In this document: positions 60,457-64,000 of the stretch, piece by piece
How the letters are laid out: each line of letters begins with the position of its first letter
Position numbering within the stretch: the stretch's first letter is position 1
Assembly (NCBI GenBank): GCA_963750165.1
Contig: CAVVPN010000003.1
Span: 480,001 to 544,000, forward strand
Direction of reading: 5' to 3'
Source of the DNA: an uncultured Gemmataceae bacterium
GTDB taxonomy: Bacteria; Planctomycetota; Planctomycetia; Gemmatales; Gemmataceae
Length of the DNA stretch: 64,000 bases
Translations under genes and position numbers: made by a program
The notes under the pieces: generated by a model
What the model was told of the DNA's origin: nothing
Database searches by the model: none
Seen by the model: only the letters and a program-made list of their open reading frames with translations

Positions 60457-60693
60457 ATGACCACCGAAGCACAAAACGTCAAGTTCCGCCGGCAGATGGC
60501 CAGGCTGACGGCCAGCCGGTTGACTCCCGACAAGGTCAAGATGCCCCCCCGTGAACAAATCCGGATCAAACGGCGCTGCAACCTGTGCGGCCGGGCGCGG
60601 GCGGTGTACCGCAAGTTCGGCATCTGCCGCATCTGCTTCCGCAACCTGGCCAGCGACGGCCTGATCCCCGGCGTCCGTAAAGCGAGTTGGTAA
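60457..60693 (+). CDS. rpsN: Ribosomal protein S14 paralog (Zn-binding type Z, extended)
   Basis: [37 protein letters not shown]; 78 aa; not in an spc operon. Confidence 0.9.
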   Translation: MTTEAQNVKFRRQMARLTASRLTPDKVKMPPREQIRIKRRCNLCGRARAVYRKFGICRICFRNLASDGLIPGVRKASW

Positions 60694-60721
60694 GCAGATC
60701 ATTCTTCATTGAGGAGGTTCC

Positions 60722-61009
60722 ATGGCCGCCACCACAGCACAACAACAAGAACTGCGCGAGAAGGTTTCGGCCCTGATTCAATTCCGGTTTGAAGGCGATT
60801 ATCGCAAGGCGTTCGACCACTACGACAGTCGCCAAAAAGACGGCAAGATTGACAAAGTCGAGTTGAAACGACTCCTCGCCGACGCCGGCGTTGGCAGCTG
60901 GCTCACGCGGGATGCGTGGGCGGACGGAATCATCACTGCCCTGGACACCGACCAGGACGGTACGATTTCTTCGGTTGAATTTGAGAAGACGTTGCAGGAG
61001 TCGTCCTGA
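60722..61009 (+). CDS. EF-hand calcium-binding protein
   Basis: FDHYDSRQKDGKIDKVEL and LDTDQDGTISSVEF. Confidence 0.88.
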   Translation: MAATTAQQQELREKVSALIQFRFEGDYRKAFDHYDSRQKDGKIDKVELKRLLADAGVGSWLTRDAWADGIITALDTDQDGTISSVEFEKTLQESS

Positions 61010-61039
61010 TATTCTTCCCCGAACTCAAGAGAAACTAGC

Positions 61040-61897
61040 ATGTCCGTTGCAACCGCGCCGCCGCCGACCGCAGTCCGAACCGCGCCGAGTGAAATCCGCG
61101 TCGTCAGCCACTCCAACCTGTTCTACTGGTGGCCGGTCTGGGCCGTCGGCTTCGTGCTGAGCTTCCTGACCATGATCGACGGGCACTTCCTGGTCATCGT
61201 CCCCGGGGGCGCCATGGCGTTGAAAGACGCCGCCGTGACCGCCGAGATGGACGGCAAGACGACCACGTTCAAGAAGAATGATGTCCTCGTCCTGCCCAAG
61301 GGTCACCTGCCCGGGGCAGACGGCGTCCTCGACCAACCGCACCTGCACGCCGCCAACAACCGAGGGTATGGCGTGCTGTTCGCCACCGTGCTGCTGCTGG
61401 TCATCTTCATCACCAACGTCCCGCTGCGCGGCCTGTGGTCGGTCATGGTCATTGGCCTGATCATCCTGCTGTCGATCATCTTCCAGCTGGCCGGCTTCTG
61501 GGAGCACATCCTGCGTGAGGCATCCCTGCTGGATGTCCGCATCAACGCCGCCGGCTACTTCCTGATCTCCAGCGTGCTGTTCGGCATGTGGCTGTTCACC
61601 ATGCTGCTGTTCGACCGTCAGATCCACATGACCTTCACGTCGGGCCAGCTGAAGGTCCGGACGGAGATCGGCGGCGGCGAGAAGGTCTACGACGCGGTCG
61701 GCATGACGCTGGAGAAGCAACGCAGCGACCTGTTCCGGCACTGGCTGATCGGCCTGGGCTCAGGCGACCTGATCGTGCGGACCTCGGGCGCCCAGGCTCA
61801 CCAGTTCGAGATGCCGAACGTGCTGTTCATCGGCCGCAAGGTGCGGGCGATCGAGGACCTGCTCCGGGAGAAATCGATCGTCGCGGCGCCCCATTAA
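61040..61897 (+). CDS. Hypothetical membrane protein
   Basis: About four TM segments; SHSNLFYWWPVW; C-terminal GLGSGDLIVRTSG..PNV (bPH-like). Confidence 0.75.
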   Translation: MSVATAPPPTAVRTAPSEIRVVSHSNLFYWWPVWAVGFVLSFLTMIDGHFLVIVPGGAMALKDAAVTAEMDGKTTTFKKNDVLVLPKGHLPGADGVLDQPHLHAANNRGYGVLFATVLLLVIFITNVPLRGLWSVMVIGLIILLSIIFQLAGFWEHILREASLLDVRINAAGYFLISSVLFGMWLFTMLLFDRQIHMTFTSGQLKVRTEIGGGEKVYDAVGMTLEKQRSDLFRHWLIGLGSGDLIVRTSGAQAHQFEMPNVLFIGRKVRAIEDLLREKSIVAAPH

Positions 61898-62010
61898 CAG
61901 AGCGAAGGGAACCGGCGAAATACGGTCGGGGAAAGGGCCATTCAGCTACAACGTGCTTCAGGCATCAGGGTGATCGAGTGCCAGCCCCGCATGTGAGGGG
62001 GGAGGGAACC

Positions 62011-62454
62011 ATGCTGAGGAAAAGTCGTCCGGGCATTCTGGTAGTGGACGACCTGGTGGACGCGGCCGACAGCTATGCGATTCTGCTCGAACTGTGGGGG
62101 TATGACACCAGGGTATGCTACGACGGGGCCACGGCCCTGGAGACCGCCCGCGCTTTCCGGCCCCAGGCCGTGCTGCTGGACGTCGCCATGCCCGGCATGG
62201 ACGGCCTCCAGGTGGCCCGGCGCCTCCGAGGGTGGCCCGAGTTTGCCACCACCGCGATCATCGGCATCAGCGGCTACTGCGGGGCGACCTACCGCAGCCA
62301 GGCCCTCCAGGCGGGGTTTGACCGCTACCTGGCCAAACCCGTGGACCCCGATGGCCTTCGGGACCTGTTAGGCCACTTCGCCCCGCAACAGGTGCTGTTC
62401 GACATGTTGGAACCCGAACAACAACCAGTGGCGATTTCCCAAGTGCGGTCGTGA
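62011..62454 (+). CDS. Single-domain response regulator receiver
   Basis: LVVDD, LLDVAMPGMDG, ISG, YLAKP. Confidence 0.9.
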   Translation: MLRKSRPGILVVDDLVDAADSYAILLELWGYDTRVCYDGATALETARAFRPQAVLLDVAMPGMDGLQVARRLRGWPEFATTAIIGISGYCGATYRSQALQAGFDRYLAKPVDPDGLRDLLGHFAPQQVLFDMLEPEQQPVAISQVRS

Positions 62455-62469
62455 AAACGGAGGTTCCCC

Positions 62470-62694
62470 ATGTTAGTCTTGACGCGGAAAAGTCAGGAAG
62501 CGGTTGTGGTTGGCGGTGCCAACGGCTTCGAGCACCTGCTCAAGGTCACCGTGCTCGACATTAAAGGCGGCAAGGTGAGACTGGGCTTCGAGATCGATGC
62601 CGCCATCCCGATCCATCGCTGGGAGGTGTGGGAACGCATCCGCGGCGGCCACCGGCCGGATGGCCCAGAAGGAGAAGCCCCCATAGGCGAATGA
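62470..62694 (+). CDS. csrA: Carbon storage regulator CsrA/RsmA homolog
   Basis: MLVLTRK..VTVLDIKGGKVRLGF..IHRWEV. Confidence 0.9.
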   Translation: MLVLTRKSQEAVVVGGANGFEHLLKVTVLDIKGGKVRLGFEIDAAIPIHRWEVWERIRGGHRPDGPEGEAPIGE

Positions 62695-62742
62695 GTGAAA
62701 ACACCTGGAGTTCGGTCTGAACTTGTACCAGAAAGTCTCATC

Positions 62743-63090
62743 ATGTCCGTCAATTGCGATGTGATCCTGCGCTGGAGTGCGACGCCGGGACAGCTCAGGG
62801 CCGTCGGCTCTGCCCTGTGGCTCTGGTGCAACCGTACCGCGGGGAACGCGGGCATCTACCAGTACCTCGACAGCCAGGCACTGGCCGACCTCATCGCCGG
62901 CCGGCTGCCGGGTGCAAACGAAACGCCACGACAGGACGATGGGCGCGGCGCCCATTTCCGGGTGCGGGACGAAGCGTCCCAGAATCGCCAGGAGTCCATC
63001 GACCGTCTGCGCCGGGAGCTGCCGGCCGAGGGGGTCGAGGACGTCGTGGTCGATGGCGTCAGTTGGAACCTGTCTACGAATAGAAATTGA
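62743..63090 (+). CDS. Hypothetical protein
   Basis: 115-aa co-oriented ORF within the cluster. Confidence 0.65.
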   Translation: MSVNCDVILRWSATPGQLRAVGSALWLWCNRTAGNAGIYQYLDSQALADLIAGRLPGANETPRQDDGRGAHFRVRDEASQNRQESIDRLRRELPAEGVEDVVVDGVSWNLSTNRN

Positions 63091-63151
63091 CGCCGGCCGC
63101 GACGTTCGCGGCCGCGTCCGCCCAATCTCAGACTCTCGAAAGGGGTCAGCC

Positions 63152-63319
63152 ATGGGCTTGCTGTTGTTGATCATTCTGGTCGTGTTACTCCTGGGCGGTT
63201 TGCCGTCCTGGAACTACAGCCGCAACTGGGGCTACGGCCCGAGCGGCGCCGTGGGGTTGCTGGTGGTGGTCGTGCTGGTGCTCGTCGTCATCGGGACCGT
63301 TCACCCGTTTAACTTCTGA
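63152..63319 (+). CDS. DUF3309 family small membrane protein
   Basis: LLLGGLPSWNYSRNWGYGPSG. Confidence 0.9.
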   Translation: MGLLLLIILVVLLLGGLPSWNYSRNWGYGPSGAVGLLVVVVLVLVVIGTVHPFNF

Positions 63320-63386
63320 GCGGCGGAGTTGGCCCGGTGAGGAGACCGCCCTCGTTTCGGAGACCTCATCGCCCGAGGAATACATC

Positions 63387-63638
63387 ATGACTATTTGGGA
63401 TTGGATCGCCGGCAACTGGAAGGAACTCATTGGCAAAGCGCAGGAGAAGTGGGGCAAACTGACCCACGACGAACTGATGGTGACGGCCGGGAAGCGTGAG
63501 CAACTCGCCGGCCTCCTGCAGAAACATTACGGCTACCAACGGACCCACGCGGAACAGCAACTCGACGAGTTCGCGGCAACGCTGCGAGCCCACGCGGAGA
63601 AGGAAGTCGAACAATTCGCGCAGACGCTGACGCCGTGA
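63387..63638 (+). CDS. CsbD/YjbJ family stress protein
   Basis: WDWIAGNWKELIGKAQEKWGKLTHDEL..GKREQLAGLLQKHYG. Confidence 0.92.
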   Translation: MTIWDWIAGNWKELIGKAQEKWGKLTHDELMVTAGKREQLAGLLQKHYGYQRTHAEQQLDEFAATLRAHAEKEVEQFAQTLTP

Positions 63639-63839
63639 GTTTGCTGAAGCGCTGGCGCAGCCGCATTGGAACAGAGCCGATGATGCCAGGCCCGGGCCTG
63701 GGGCCTCAAGAATGCGCTCGGAACCATTCCTGAGGCCCACTTTCCGCCCTCATTTCCGACCGTCTCGCCCGACACTTTGGGAACCGCTCGATCGCAAAAT
63801 GAACGTGAGCGGTCCCGGCTTAGCGAAAGGTGATTCCGC

Positions 63840-64000
63840 ATGAAGAGGTTAATCGTTGGTTCGTCGGTGTTGGCGCTGGCGCTGGTTGCCTTCACCGGCT
63901 GTGGTGATCGGGGCACTTCGGGCGGACCGGGGGCCACCGACTCAGGCACCAAGCAACCCCTGATCGGTCAGGTGGACGATACGTTCAATCTGAGCGTGCC
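63840..64000 (+). CDS. Lipoprotein, partial (runs off the window)
   Basis: MKRLIVGSSVLALALVAFTGC lipobox; AAGGTG RBS. Confidence 0.7.
   Translation, partial: MKRLIVGSSVLALALVAFTGCGDRGTSGGPGATDSGTKQPLIGQVDDTFNLSV

Overview
High-GC bacterial DNA, most likely Planctomycetota and Gemmataceae-like. This is inferred from DUF1501, two DUF1080 genes, a TIGR03000 domain, a PEP-CTERM protein, ECF-sigma/Ser-Thr-kinase pairs and many planctomycete-style palindromic repeats. Positions 1-54 kb are mostly backbone and accessory genes, interspersed with at least 15 palindromic or short-tandem repeats and a nested MITE/mini-IS110/IS110 structure at 47.0-48.8 kb. About a dozen otherwise normal genes carry single frameshifts, which looks like indel-type assembly error rather than mass pseudogenisation. 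A decayed integrative element starts after tRNA-Val(CAC) (53999-54071). It holds a truncated tyrosine integrase, a degraded MobF/TrwC relaxase split by a second IS110, and a transposase stub. It is followed by an intact cluster: two divergent DUF2294/MpsC genes separated by a promoter, structured RNA leader and intrinsic terminator, then GlsB, an extra Zn-type S14, an EF-hand protein, a membrane protein, a receiver, CsrA, DUF3309 and CsbD. Top leads: (1) that leader-RNA/MpsC/CsrA/S14 cluster; (2) two IS110 elements whose ends, cores and candidate bridge-RNA donor guides can be read from the sequence, one in tandem with a 90-bp non-autonomous copy; (3) a palindrome inserted in frame into an enzyme gene; (4) a shared C-terminal tag on cysteine dioxygenase and sulfite oxidase; (5) a 36% Cys+Met protein. 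All family calls come from motif recognition by eye; no searches were run.
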